Source: Callorhinchus milii
Taxonomy: Eukaryota
Direction: 5' to 3'
Assembly (NCBI RefSeq): GCF_018977255.1
Contig: NW_024704742.1
Coordinates: forward strand, 118,732,001-118,796,000
Length of the DNA: 64,000 bases
Shown piece by piece: positions 1 to 12,326 of the stretch. The notes under the pieces are model-generated. The model made no database searches, was not told the origin of the DNA, and saw only the letters and a list, made by a program, of their open reading frames with translations. The stretch's first letter is position 1; each line of letters begins with the position of its first letter. A program made the position numbers and the translations under genes.

Positions 1-519
1 TTTTCTATATAATATATCAGTATTGGGCCATTACATTACATAATCACAAATCAATAGCACATAGCTGATTACCATATTATACTTGGTACGTGAAAATCGC
101 TGAGCAATTCATTTGACATTTACTTGTGTTGACTACATTGGGGAGAGTTCATTTTGAGTTCTCCCAACATGCTTTCACCTTGCACTTTCTCCCCTTGTCT
201 TCAAAACCCTCTAATAATAAATCATGTATTTAACCACACATTTGGTCACTGTTTTCAAACTCCTGTCCTTCCCACTCTGCACGGTGATCCCCATCGCCTT
301 TGTGAAGCGCTTGGATGTGTTCACCAACGTGAAGATATAAGGGCAATTTCTGCAGCAAAAACTTTTGCAAAGTAACTTGACCAGTTCTATTCACTTGAAA
401 AGTAATTGTTCTAATTTGCTGGCGGCTCATACAATGCACTAATACAGTCTGGTAAGTGGTGTAGCAATTACACGCACAAATACATTTTGGCCAAACGTAT
501 ATAATTGAGCGTTGCCCTT

Positions 520-914
520 TCCTGCAGCTGCCTTAGTTAGCTTTTCTAAAGTTAAATTTGAGTGCCAACAATAGTGAGCCAACAAATGTACGTCAAATTC
601 AATAACGTAATAAGTCTGGTAATTGGAGAAACTAGGTTGTTAATTTCAACAATAACGCACTGTCCAGGTGAGGGAGGGGGACATGGTCAATTTGATTGAC
701 ATCTGTTCAACCAAAAGTATATCCACTGGTTCTAGGACCCAGAGGACAGTGGACTTCTGGAGCTGAAAGGAAGTTCTCTCTCTTTTGGCAATGGTATTTC
801 TATTTAAAGACTGTCCTGAGTCAGGAAACCTGGGGCACACAGTAATGACACGGGCTTCGCGAGCCTCTCGGTTAAACTGCAACTGTTATTGTTGAGGAAA
901 AACGGGAGCAAAAC
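520..914 (+). promoter_or_regulatory. Proximal muscle-type promoter: MEF2/TATA-like CTATTTAAAG (800-809), TGAGTCA (817-823), E-boxes at 525, 665, 700, 880
   Basis: Motifs read directly upstream of the ATG; mammalian myospryn is a known MEF2A target. Confidence 0.55.
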
Positions 915-1045
915 ATGGAAAACTTCGAGGCTTGTATTTCTGAGGAATCCGACAAAATCGACCCCGAGATTTCCTTCATCCTGGAGGAGGAAACGTGTGA
1001 AGGTGGAGTGATGGAAACCCAGGAGGAAGAGGAACTTGCAGAGAG
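915..1045 (+). CDS. CMYA5: CMYA5/myospryn coding exon 1 (MENFEACISEESDKIDPEISFILEEETCEGGVMETQEEEELAE-)
   Basis: ATG at 915 in AACATGG context; open acidic frame; ends AG|GTAGTG in phase 2, matching the exon 2 acceptor phase; resembles the short acidic first exon of human CMYA5. Too short for the ORF track. Confidence 0.85.
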
Positions 1046-1559
1046 GTAGTGGATTTAATCAGAAACCGTCAGTAATTTGACAAACTGTTCCTAATTTGAT
1101 TTAATGCAGTGACCTGCACCGCCAAATCCGTTGGAAAATGTAGTGCATTTAAAGCTCTGCACTGATTTGATTTTGCTGCTCTGGTTTGCAACTTGGCAGT
1201 GTGGTTCTGTTTGCACTATTTTCTATTTAAAGTGACTACGACATCAGATACGGGCGCATCCACTGACCCTCCTGTTTGCTCCCTGCTCCATGTAGCTCAT
1301 ACCAAAATAATGTTGCATCGTAAGTGCAGTTGTCCACTGGTATTTTGCTGGTGCAGAATGCAGAGTTGAGTGCAGCTCCCTGTTGCCTATACAGTTGTCA
1401 AGTTTTGCGAGATAACTAAGTTTGCAAAGGACAATCCCCCCCCCCCCCCCCCCGTAAAGTTCTATCCTTCTACACCGCCTCCCCTCTTAGCTCAACCTTC
1501 ATGGACCCGTCTTTACCTGGTTCAAATCCTACCTCTCCCAATGTCTCTATTTTGTCGCC

Positions 1560-2672
1560 ACTAACGGCTTCTCTTCCAGCCCCCACATCATCACGTGTGG
1601 AGTCCCTCAGGGCTCTGTCCTTGGCCCTCTCCTCTTCAATATCTATATGCTGCCCCTTGGTGACATCCTCCGCTGACATGGGGTCAACTACCACACACAT
1701 GCGGATGACACCCAACTCTACCTCTTTGCCTCCACCCTCAATTCCACGACCACTGCTGTCCTCGCAGACTGCCTGTCGGACATCAAGTCCTGGATGAGGG
1801 CTAACCTCCTGCAGTTGAATACCAACAAGACCATGACCCTCCTGCTTGGCTCCTGTAAGCACTTCCATAGCTCGGGCGCTGACAGCATCTCCCTCCATGG
1901 ATGCACTCTACATCTCACAGAGCCAATATGGAACCTCGGCGTCCTGTTCGACCTTCCACTGTCTTTCATACCCCACATCCATGCCATTACCTGCTGCACC
2001 TTTCCCCATCTCTACAATATCGCCTGGTTCCACTACTGTCTCTCACCGCAGGCCGCCAGTGTATCAGGCAAATATCATGCACGCATTCATAACATCCAGG
2101 CTCGACTACGCAAATTCTGTACTTGTCGGCCTCCCCAACTCCTCCCTCTATAGGCTGCAGATCATCCAGAACTCTGCACCTGTGCCCTCTCACGCACCAG
2201 GCTCCGTGATCCTATCACCCCCATCCTCACCCGACTCCACTGGCTTCCCATTACACAGAGGATACAGTTCAAGGTTCCGGTACTCACTTTCAAAGTCCTC
2301 CATGGCCTTGCTTCCCCCTACCTCTGCAACCTCCTAACTCCCAACCAAGCTGCCTATTTCCTCCACTCAGCGGGCTCCAGCCTGCCTCACGACCCCCGCT
2401 CCACCATTGGCAGGCAGGCCTTCAGCCACTCTGCCCCCACCCTTTGGAATTCCATCTCATAGTCCCTTCACCTCGGCTCCCTCCCTTGCCTCCTTCAAGA
2501 CCAGTCTCAAGACCCTCCTCTTCGACCGTGCCTTCAGTCACTCGGCTTCCCCCCCTGCCCTCCACCTTCCCTGATCCCGACCCTCAGCTTGGGTCCAAAA
2601 CACTGATTATCCAGCCCCTTGGGATGTCCTCCCGACCTGAAAGCCGCTATACAAATGTAATTTTGTTGCTGT
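1560..2672 (+). mobile_element. 5'-truncated L2-clade LINE (RT C-terminus plus 3' tail), frameshifted
   Basis: Remnant peptides MRANLLQLN, NLGVLFD..LSF, HAFITSRLDYANS; tail ends tgaaagccgctatacaaatgtaattttgttg. Confidence 0.9.
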
Positions 2673-2904
2673 TTTTAAGATCTTCTTCCAAGTAACTTTA
2701 CCACAATTTCCTCCCCTCCTGCGCTCCTACGGGCACTGGGACGTGCTGAGGTGAAATACCATGCGTTCTGGCAAATCTTCCACTGTGTTGCCAAAAAGCC
2801 ATTTGAGATTTTTCAAGCTGCTTAGTTGTGGAGAGCATCACAGTACCGTTGATCCTGTTTTCACCCAACATCCGTATAGCTACTGACAGGGGTCACTGGA
2901 CAGT

Positions 2905-3630
2905 GGTCAGTGATGTCTTGTTCGACCCTCAACTGTCTTTCAAACCTCATATCTGTGCCATGACTCATTCTGCCTTCCTCCATCACCGCAACATTGCCTG
3001 CCTGCATCACTACCTCTGCCCTCAGGTTGCCGAGATCCTCATCCATGCTTTCATTACAACCAGGCTTGACTATGCTAACTCCCTGCTCACCGGCCTTCCA
3101 ACTCTTCCCTCCAAGGGCTGCAGATTATTCAGAACTCTGAACTACACTGAGCTCCATGAGCCAATCACCTCCATCCTCACTGACTCCCCATTCCCCAGAG
3201 GATCGAGTTAAAGATCTTCATTCTCACTTTTAAAGCCCTCCAGAGTCTTACTCCTCCCTATCTCTGTGCAAGGAAAACGTTAAAATAACTGAAAAATATT
3301 ATGGCTTTGAATTTGTTTACCAGGAATGTGCCTTCTTATAAGGAGAATTGGAAAAAAACATTTGAAAGAAAATATTTTAGTTGCCATCCATCATATGAAC
3401 ATCTGGTGGTTTAACACTGATGGTTTAACACTCCATGTTCTCTGCCCTGCCTCTCTGACATTGGCAGCCAGGCCTTCAGCTTTTCTGCCTCCAGCCTCTC
3501 AAAATCCATCCCCGAGCCTCTCCATCTCATGCTCTCCACCTTGTCCCCTCCCTCGCCTCCTACAAGGCACATTTCAAGACGTCCTCCCAATGTGAAAGGC
3601 TATATAAATGGAATTTCTTGTTGTTGTTGA
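2905..3630 (+). mobile_element. Degraded L2 fragments (2905-3270 and tail ~3430-3630)
   Basis: LFDPQLSF...HAFITTRLDYANSLL peptide; L2-type tail. Confidence 0.75.
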
Positions 3631-3666
3631 GTGGTAAATCTGGCTTATTTTCCTGCTCCCTAAACC

Positions 3667-4690
3667 ACCAACAACAACAACTTGGATTTATATTGCATCC
3701 TCCACGTCGGACGGCGACTCGGAGCGCTTTACAGCAAACGGATCCCGGGACCGAGCCAGGGGGAGGGGGAGGAAGGTGACCAAAGGCGTTGTCGAAAAGA
3801 AAGGTCTTCAGCAAAGACCTGAAAATAGGAAGGGAGGGATCGAGGCGAAGGGAGTGAGGAAGGGCGTTCCAGAGCCTCGGGGCATAGTGGCTGAAGGCAC
3901 GGCCACCGAGGATGGAGTGGAGGACTCTGAGGACAAGGAGGAGGCCAGACCCGGAGGAACGAAGGCAATGGGTACTGTTTTGAGGAGAGAGGAGGTCAGA
4001 GAGGTAGGGGGGTGCAGAGGAGTGCAGGGACTTGAATACAAGGGTGAGGATCTTGAAATCGATCCTCTCTGGGATAGGCAGCCAGTGCAGCCTGGCAAGG
4101 ACTGGGGTGATCGGGGAAGGGAGTTTCGTGCAGGTGAGAATGCGGGCGGCAGAGTTTTGAATGATTTCGATTTTATGGATAGTAGTGGAGGGGAGACCGG
4201 CGAGGAGGGCATTAGAGTAGTCCAACTGAGAGGTGACAAAGGCATGGACCAGGGTCTCAGTGGCATTTGGAGTGAGGTATTGGCAGAGACGGGCGATCCA
4301 TTGCAGGTGGAAGAAAGCGGTGCTGGTGAGGGACCGGATGTGGGGGAAGAAGGATAATTGGGGGTCGAACCTGACGCCTAGGTTGCGTACGGGTTCAGAG
4401 AGTTTTAGGGGGAGGTAGGATAGGTGGAGGAGGTGAGAGCCGTGAGATTTTAGACGTTGACGAGAGCCAAAGAGTATGGCTTCCATCTTGTCAACGTTCA
4501 GCTGAAGGAAATTTGTGGAAGTACCCCATGTCTGCAGATGACATCCCCAAGAGGAAGTGTATAGATCAGAAAAAGGAGGGGGCCAAGGATGGATCCTTGG
4601 GGTACCCCGCAATAACCGGATGAGAGGGGGAGGAGAAGCCGTTTTTGTAGATGGACTGAAGCCAATTGTAGCATTGGCACAGAACATGAT
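3667..4690 (-). mobile_element. L2 LINE 3' part, second subfamily (B-type tail, aatccaagttgttg)
   Basis: Minus [82 protein letters not shown]. Confidence 0.92.
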
Positions 4691-5159
4691 TTCCCTCTCA
4701 CCTGCTAGGCTACCCACGCTACTGGTCCATCTCAAATCTACCCTTTCTATCCAAGGTCCTTGAGAGAGCCGTTGCCTCCCAGCTTCGCTCTTTCCTCTCC
4801 TTCCTCTCACTCCCTCCATGAGCCCCTCCAATCGGGTTTCCGTGCTGCCCACGATTTGAAGTTTTTTTTTAGATTGTATCAAAAATGAAAGAATGAAATG
4901 TGCGCTCAGTGAGTCATTGACTAGAGGGAATCGATTTAAGATTATGCAGGAATGCTTTCACCCTGAGAGTTGTTAGGACGTGGATTCGCTGCTGTGGTTG
5001 GTGACCGAGACAGAATCCATGTTAGTCTTTCTCTACTCCCTCTATCTCACCCCCTCTGTATCTGTCTTTAAGACCTACTTAAAACTGCCTCTTTGGTCAT
5101 CTCACTCTTCTTCTCTCACTTCTCCCCTGCTTAGCGTTCCATCATTTTGAAGTGCTCCA

Positions 5160-7103
5160 CCACTAACCAGCTCTTCCCTTTTCTCCACCACTAACCAGCT
5201 CCTCCACCCTCTGCGACACACCTCGCAAATACTTTCCTCTGACTCTCACTGCGAGAAAATGCTGGACTTCCTCCCTCGATTTTGGATTTTCAGTCCAAAA
5301 TCGAGGGAATTTGCTCAACTGCCACTGCCCTCCCAACTTCCAACCCCTCCCTACCCCCACCCCACACAATTACCCATCTGACAATTAGCCATCCCTCCTT
5401 CCACACCTTTGAAACTGTCACCCCCTCCTCTGTCTTCAACACGGTAACCTCCATGAAGTCTACCACCTGCTCCATCGACCCCATCCCCACCCCTCTCCTT
5501 AAATCTCAGCTCCACCTCCTTGCCCCACTACTCGCCAACATCATTAACCTCTCCCTGTCATCTGGCACTGATCCTTCCCCGCTCAAAACAGCTACCATCA
5601 CCCCCACCCTGAAGAAACCTTCCCTCGACCCGTCACAGCTATCCAGCTACTGGTCCATCTTAAATCTACCCTTTCTATCCAAGGTCCTTGAGAGAGCTGT
5701 TGCCTCCCAGCTTCGCTCTTTCCTCTCCTTCCTCTCACTCCCTCCATGAGCCCCTCCAATCGGGTTTCCGTGCTGCCCACAGCACAGAAACTGCTTTGGT
5801 CAAGGTCACAAACAACATCCTGACCATGTGTGACCAGGGCTCCCTCTGCCTCCTCATCCTTCTCGATCTCTCCGCTGCCTTTGACATCATGGACCACTCA
5901 ATCCTCCTCCACCGCCTCCTCCCACCTCAACCTTCAAGGCTCTGTCCTTGACTGGTTCAGATCCTACCTTCCCACCGCCTCCACTTCGTTGCAGCAAACG
6001 GCTTCTCCTCCAGCACCCGTACTGTCTCGTGCGGTGTTCCTCAGGGCTCTGTCCTCAGCCTCCTCCTCCTCACCCTCTACATGCTCCCCCTTGGTGACAT
6101 CATCCGCAGACATGTTATAAATTTCCACATGTATGCGGATGCCACCCAACTCTATCTCTCTGCCTCCACCCTGAACTCCAGGACTATAGGTGTTCTGACC
6201 AACTGCCTGTCCAACATCAAGTCTTGGATGAGGGCCAACTTTCTCCAACTTAACATCAGCAAGACCGAGGCCCTCCTAATTGGCTTGTGACAACGCCCTG
6301 CATCTCAGGCGCTGACAGCATCAGCCTTCACGGCTGCACACTCAACCTTACTAAGCCAGTCAGGAACCTGAGTATTTGTTTGACCCTGAACTATCCTTTC
6401 TTCCCCACATCCGCGCCATGACTGGCACTGCCTACCACCACCTCCATAATATTGCCAGACTCCGCCACTGCCTCACGCCTCAGGCTGCTGAAACCCTCAC
6501 CCACGCATTCATTACCTCAAGGCTTGATTACGGGTACTCCCTCCTCATCGGCCTTCCCAACTCTTCCCTTCACAAGTTGCAGATCATCCAAAACTCTGCA
6601 GCTCGTGTACTCTCACACACCAGGCTCCGTGACCCCATCACTCCCACCCTCTCCTGACTCCACTGGCTCCCCATCCCCCAGAGGATCAAGTTCAAGATCC
6701 TCGTCCTCACCTTTGCCATCCATGGCATTACCCCCTCCTACCTCTCTGACCTACTGACTCCCTACCAATCTACCTGCTCCCTCCATTCATCGGGCTCTGG
6801 CCTGCTCCATATCTCCCGCCCGACCCTCCCTACCATCGGTCGCCGTGCTTTCAGCCTCTCTGTTCCCACACTCTGGAACTCCATCCCACAGTCCCTTCGC
6901 CTCACTTCCTCCCTTGCCTCCTTCACGACTGGTGTCAAGACCTTTCTCTTCGACTTGCCTTTGGTCTCCCTTCCATCTCTCCGCCTTCCCTCACCCCTAC
7001 ACCACCCCTCCCCCATGCTCAGGCCCCGATATCTGACTGTTCAGCGCTTTGGGACGTCCTCCGGACGTGAAAGTCGCTCTGTAAATGTAATTTTGTTGTT
7101 GTT
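5160..7103 (+). mobile_element. Longest L2 LINE remnant, includes a disrupted reverse transcriptase domain
   Basis: [60 protein letters not shown] (YADD motif mutated); frameshifts; (GTT)n tail. Confidence 0.93.
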
Positions 7104-7176
7104 AAACTACATGAAGGGTGTTAAATAAATGCAAATTGTTGCTGTAGCTTTCAATAGATATCTAAAGGGAGTAATT

Positions 7177-7672
7177 TGTCGGCCTCCCCAATTCCTCCCT
7201 CTATAGGCTGCAAATCATACAGAACTCTGCAGCCCGTGGCCTCTCCTGCACCAGGCTCCGTGACCCTATCATCCCCAACATCGCCCGACTCCAGTGGCTA
7301 CCTCTGCGACCTCCTTCCCCGTACCAACCTGCCCATTCCCTCCGCTCAGTGGGCTCCAGCCTGCTTCACATCCTCTACCTAGCCTGCCCCACCATTGGTG
7401 AGCGGGCCTTCAGCCATTCTGACCCCACCCTCTGTAACTCCCTCCCGCAGTGCCTCCGCCTCGCCCCCTCCCTTGCCTCTTTCAAGACCCGTCTCAAGAT
7501 CCCCCTCTTCGACCGTGCTTTCGATCTCCCTGCTTCCTCCCCTGCCCTCCACCCTCCCCAATCCCAACCCTCAGCTCGTGTACGAAACACTGACTGTCCA
7601 GCGCCTTGGAACGTTCTCCCGATGTGAAAGACGCTCGACACATGTAATTTTGTTGCTTTGTTGTTGTTGTTG
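7177..7672 (+). mobile_element. L2 3' fragment
   Basis: TIGERAFS..PTLCNSLP peptide; tail with (TTG)n. Confidence 0.85.
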
Positions 7673-8157
7673 TATTAGGAAAAGTCAGGTAAAGGACACA
7701 GAATGGATTGCTCTTTCAAAGAGCCACTACAAACACAATGGGCCGAATGGGCGCCTTCAGTGCTATACATTTCTATGATGTGTTGGTGCATGTGAATAGG
7801 AATGTGATGCTCACATTGCACTGTGTGAAATACATTGTTTCTTCTTCTAGTTGTACAATTTATATTCTCTCTTCTTTCATCACCGTCCCTTGATGTAATA
7901 ATTCGCTCTAATTAAATGCAACGTTGTAATTATCACCTGTCTTCGTTCAGAGACCAATTTGTTTCAATTCAATGTGTGTTCCAGGTCAAATCAATGCAAA
8001 TCTTTTTGTGTAGCTGTGCAATTAGAGAAAGGGTGGGATATAACAAGTGGTTAGGGTTAGTCACAAGTGTCACAAGTGGTGACAGACCACCTCGAGTTCT
8101 CCTTGGCTTCAGTTTCACAGATTGTAATGTAAATGTAATGTAATGTAAATTATTTGT

Positions 8158-8488
8158 GGAGTCCTGTAGCTCAGTGGTTAGAGCACTTGCTTTGCAAGCG
8201 AGAGACCTGAGTTCAATTCCAGGCAGGGCGAAACCTTGGGCAAGTTTCCTTACTCCACACAGAGCCTAATAATAATCCCTCCAAAACAAAAAACAATAAT
8301 AAATTGGTCATTTTCAATCTACGACTGTTTGTGGGACATTGCTGTGTGCAATTGGCTGCCGCGTTCGCCCACAAATATACAGTCAATTCACTTTATAGTG
8401 TGTTCTGTGAAGCGCTTTGGGTCGTCCTCCCGACGTGAAAAGCGCTATATCAAATGCAAGGATTATTATTATTATTGTTATTATTATT
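8158..8488 (+). mobile_element. tRNA-derived SINE, short subfamily (tRNA-Ala-like head, L2 tail, (TTA)n)
   Basis: A box TAGCTCAGTGG, B box GAGTTCAATTCC, TTGCAA loop; tail shared with L2. Confidence 0.92.
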
Positions 8489-9039
8489 AAATGCAGCCAG
8501 GTTCAAAGTGACCTTTATTTTGAAACTTTAAATTTGACTTTCGTTGTCATTCAGATGATGTTTGCATCTTCTTTCATGGGACCACTTGTATCAGTTGTAC
8601 GACAACCATCTTCTCTGCATAGATTGGGGAAGTAAGCGCTATAACTAAAAGTAACTATTTTAATCAGTTCTTTTCATACTGAAAGCGATTACTATTCTTA
8701 ATGCCCCTGTCTCCCTGCCCTTCCCCACAGACCACACACACTCAGTTCCTTTTCATTAAAGTGACACCTTTCTCAGAAAACAAAAGGAACGATCCTAAGA
8801 GAGGTACACATGAAGAAGGCCCTCAGCTTATTTCATCGCATCCTTCCACACTGCCTACCACAAACACCTAACCATTACAGCATCAAACCGTTTCTTAAAT
8901 GAGTCCAGAATCCTGGCCTCTACCTCCCTTCCTGGGAACCTGTCCTGTGTCTTTATTGCCCTCTTGACCTGCTGGCTGGCTTGGTGTATCTGAAATGCCA
9001 GTTCTGGGTTTACTTTCTCAATCAGATTGAGCATCATTT

Positions 9040-9850
9040 GGGATGACATTCAACTCTCTGGCTCGCTCCCTGTCTGCCTCTACTCTCAATTGCAGGACCA
9101 CTGCTGTTCTGATCGATTGACTGTCAGACATCAAGTCCTGGATGAGTTCAATCTTTCTACAGCTCAACATCCACAGGCCTGAGCCTCAGGCACTGACTGC
9201 ATCGATCTGAACGAGTTCTCACTCCACCTCACAGCAACCTCAGAATGTTGTTTGACCCTCAACCATCCTTCAAACCTTATATCTGAGCTCTCCCTGGCTC
9301 TGCTTTCTCTCAACCCTACAACGTTGTCTACCTCTGCCACTACCTCCTCCGCGCTTCTGAAATCCTCCCCAGGTCTTCATTACATCCAGCTTTGATTAAT
9401 CAAATGCTAGATACTCCAGCTCCTCCCTGCACAAGCTCCAGACCATTCAGAACTTTGCAGTCTGTGCTCTCTCTCGCAACAGGCTCTGTGAGCCCATCAC
9501 CCCCATCTCCATTCGGCTATACCGACTGCCCATCCCCCAGAGAATCAAATTCAAGATTCTTGTTTTTGGTTTCGAGTGTCTCCATGGCCTCACCCCATCC
9601 CAACCCTGTGATCTCCTGCAATCGTATTGTCATGGACGCTCCCTCCACTCAGCAAACACTGGCCTGCTTCACATCCCTCACCTGCACTACCCCACATCTG
9701 TGGACAAGTCTTCAGCCACTTTGCTTCCACTCCATCTCAGATTCCTTCTACCTCGCCCCCCCCCCCACTTTCCACCCCCAAACCTGCCTTAAGAGCTAGC
9801 TCTTCAACTGTGCTTTCAGCCAACTTTCCCCTTCCCTGCCCAGCTCCTGT
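9040..9850 (+). mobile_element. Old diverged L2 fragment
   Basis: gacatcaagtcctggatgag, tttgaccctcaa and atcaaattcaagatt segments shared with other copies. Confidence 0.7.
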
Positions 9851-10210
9851 ATATTAACATAATATAATTTATATCTTTAATTCTAATTGTACAATTTCTT
9901 TTCCACAAGACCATCAGTGCCCAATTTATGTTTCTGTTATTTGCAGCAACTCAGACTATAATTGAGAAAGTAAGTAGGACTGTCTATCTTTGCAGCTGCT
10001 CGAGGAGGAAATGGGATTACCAGATCAGGGGGCCTGAAATTCCACCTGTTTTGTTTTTGGTCAGCTGGGTGACTGACATATGTGGAAATGAATCATCGTG
10101 CTTAAGAGTATCCAAACCAGACTGAGAATTCCACATATGTATGCAACCTACACAAGGACATTTCCCTGTGTCTGGAATGGGGTTTGCACTCTCCCCACCG
10201 AGCACGCGGC

Positions 10211-10427
10211 AGGGTTGCCAACCTTTCCGGATTGTCCTGGAGTCTGCAGGAATTAAAAATCAGTCTCCCAGACACTGCTACGAGCAACCTGGGAGAAAAA
10301 GCGTAGGGAATTCCTGGGACTTGTGGACATCATAGGGACTTTACGATGCTACCGTAAAGCCAGTGCTGACTTACTTTATGACGGCAACCATTCCTCCTGA
10401 ATATGTCTAACCAGAGTTGGCAACCCT
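10211..10427. mobile_element. MITE-like element, 12-bp TIR AGGGTTGCCAAC / GTTGGCAACCCT
   Basis: Perfect terminal inverted repeats 217 bp apart, no coding capacity. Confidence 0.7.
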
Positions 10428-10609
10428 ATTCCTCGCACCAGTCACAGGATAGGGTGGAGGCCTCTGCGATGCAAGACGCCCGCCAACTTATAGGACAAGT
10501 TATCTGATCAATTTTACATTGAAATACTTACAAGAATTTATACAAATGCGATGAGTTATGCATTGAAGCAGAGTGCGAGTAACGTGATGTTGCTTATTAA
10601 TAGTTTATA

Positions 10610-10920
10610 GGAGTCCTGTAGCTCAGTGGTTAGAGCACTCGCCTTGCAAGCGAGAGACCTGGGTTTGACTCCCAGCAGGGCGAAACCTTGGGCAAGTTTC
10701 CTTACTCCACACACTTGATAATAATACCTCAAGAAAAAGAAAACAATAAAAATTGGTCACTTTAGTCCTTGACTGTTTGCGGGACACTGCTATGTGCAAT
10801 TGGCTGCCATGTTTTGCCCACAAATATACAGTCAATTCACTTTACAGTATATTCTGTGAAGCGCTTTGAGATGGCTAGAAAATATGAAAAGCGCTATATC
10901 AAATGCAAGGATTATTATTA
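10610..10920 (+). mobile_element. tRNA-derived SINE, short subfamily
   Basis: Collinear with 8158-8488. Confidence 0.92.
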
Positions 10921-11419
10921 TATGGTCAGAATATTGACAACATGACAATTTAAGAGATAGTGACGAGTTAAGCCAGGATCAAATTATCTGGAGTTTACTT
11001 TCTTCAAAACTAAGTTACAGACATCTTTGATCTGAGGAGGCTACTTGGTGAGTTTAAAAGATAATCCAAGAAGTTGAGCCTTTAAACTGTTACTGGAAGA
11101 GGTTACTGCCTCACTTGCAGCACATTTTAAAGGACCTCAATCAAAACATTTGAACTCGCTTTTACTGTTATTATTATACATGCTAAATTCATAGTGTCTG
11201 TTTCAGAAACAAGTCCTGAATTCAGGAGAATGCTGAAGTTAGTTTTCCCATCCGAACACACCCTCTACATTCATTGTTTATCGATAGGATTTTACCAGGT
11301 ATTTCCAAATTAAATATTACATTGAAGTCCTACACCGACCCAACTCTTTTGAGTCTGGTAGTTGATATTAAACTAATTTCCTGATAAACTTTAACATTAA
11401 ACACCCATAACAGGGAGGT

Positions 11420-11960
11420 GGAGGAAGGTGGTCCTGGTCAGGGACTGGATGTGGGGAAGGAAGGACAGCTGTGGCTCGAATCTGACACCTAGGTTGTGCA
11501 CTGGTTCGGCAAGTCTGAGGGATAGCTAGGCTGGTTGAGGAGGTCAGAGCCGCAGAATGGAAGACGTTGACGGGAGCCAATAAGTATGGCTTCCATCTTG
11601 TCAACATTTAGTTGTAGGAAGTTTTCGCTCATCCAGGGCCTGATGTCCGCCAGACAAGCTAAGAGATCATTAGCGGACCTGGAGTCGCAGCTGGAAGAGG
11701 AGAAGTAGAATTGTGTGTCATCTTCATACATGTGGAAGTTTACCCCATGTCTGCGGATGATATCGCCAAGAGGGAGCATATAGATGAGAAAGAAGAGGGG
11801 CCAAAGATGGAGCCCTGGGGTACAGAGTGGAGTGGGAGAAGAAACCATTTGAGGAAATAAAGTGAAGGCGGTTTGTTAGGTAGGACTCAAACCAGGCCAG
11901 TGCAGTCCCACTGAAGTGGATGAGAGAGGAGAGGCAGTGGATGAGGATGGCGTGATCGAC
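11420..11960 (-). mobile_element. L2 RT fragment
   Basis: FLIYMLPLGDIIRRHGVNFHMYEDDTQFY...[16 protein letters not shown]. Confidence 0.88.
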
Positions 11961-12326
11961 TGGTCCTGTGTAGTCAGCGATATTGCTTTTCTCCACATGA
12001 GCCAACTAATCTAAGTCAACTCCTCTGCTCTCTCCACGTAATATTTAATATTCTTTCTTTTCAAGCAGCTTTTTAATTCCCTATTAAGATATTTTTATGG
12101 ACATTGCATCAACTGTAGTTTGTGACAGACTACATTCCAACCATGCTCGTTAAAATATTAATGTTGTATGTTAAAATATTCTGAAAGGTAAAGCTCGTGG
12201 CTGAAATTTTCAATAAATACTTTTGGCAATACAATTTATGGTACCTATGTTTAGTTCAATTCTGATTTTAAAGATGGGATGCAAACTATTGCACACCTTA
12301 AAACTCTTTTGTTTATTTCTTGATAG

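Noticed and set aside
3560..4882. 440-aa minus-strand ORF as a novel gene or intact RT
   Set aside because: Chance fusion of an antisense L2 copy, an out-of-frame segment and the L2 ORF2 C-terminus; the catalytic YADD region is deleted.
8158..8235. tRNA-Ala gene (and similar heads at 10610, 22581, 43480)
   Set aside because: No acceptor-stem closure; each continues into a SINE body and L2 tail.
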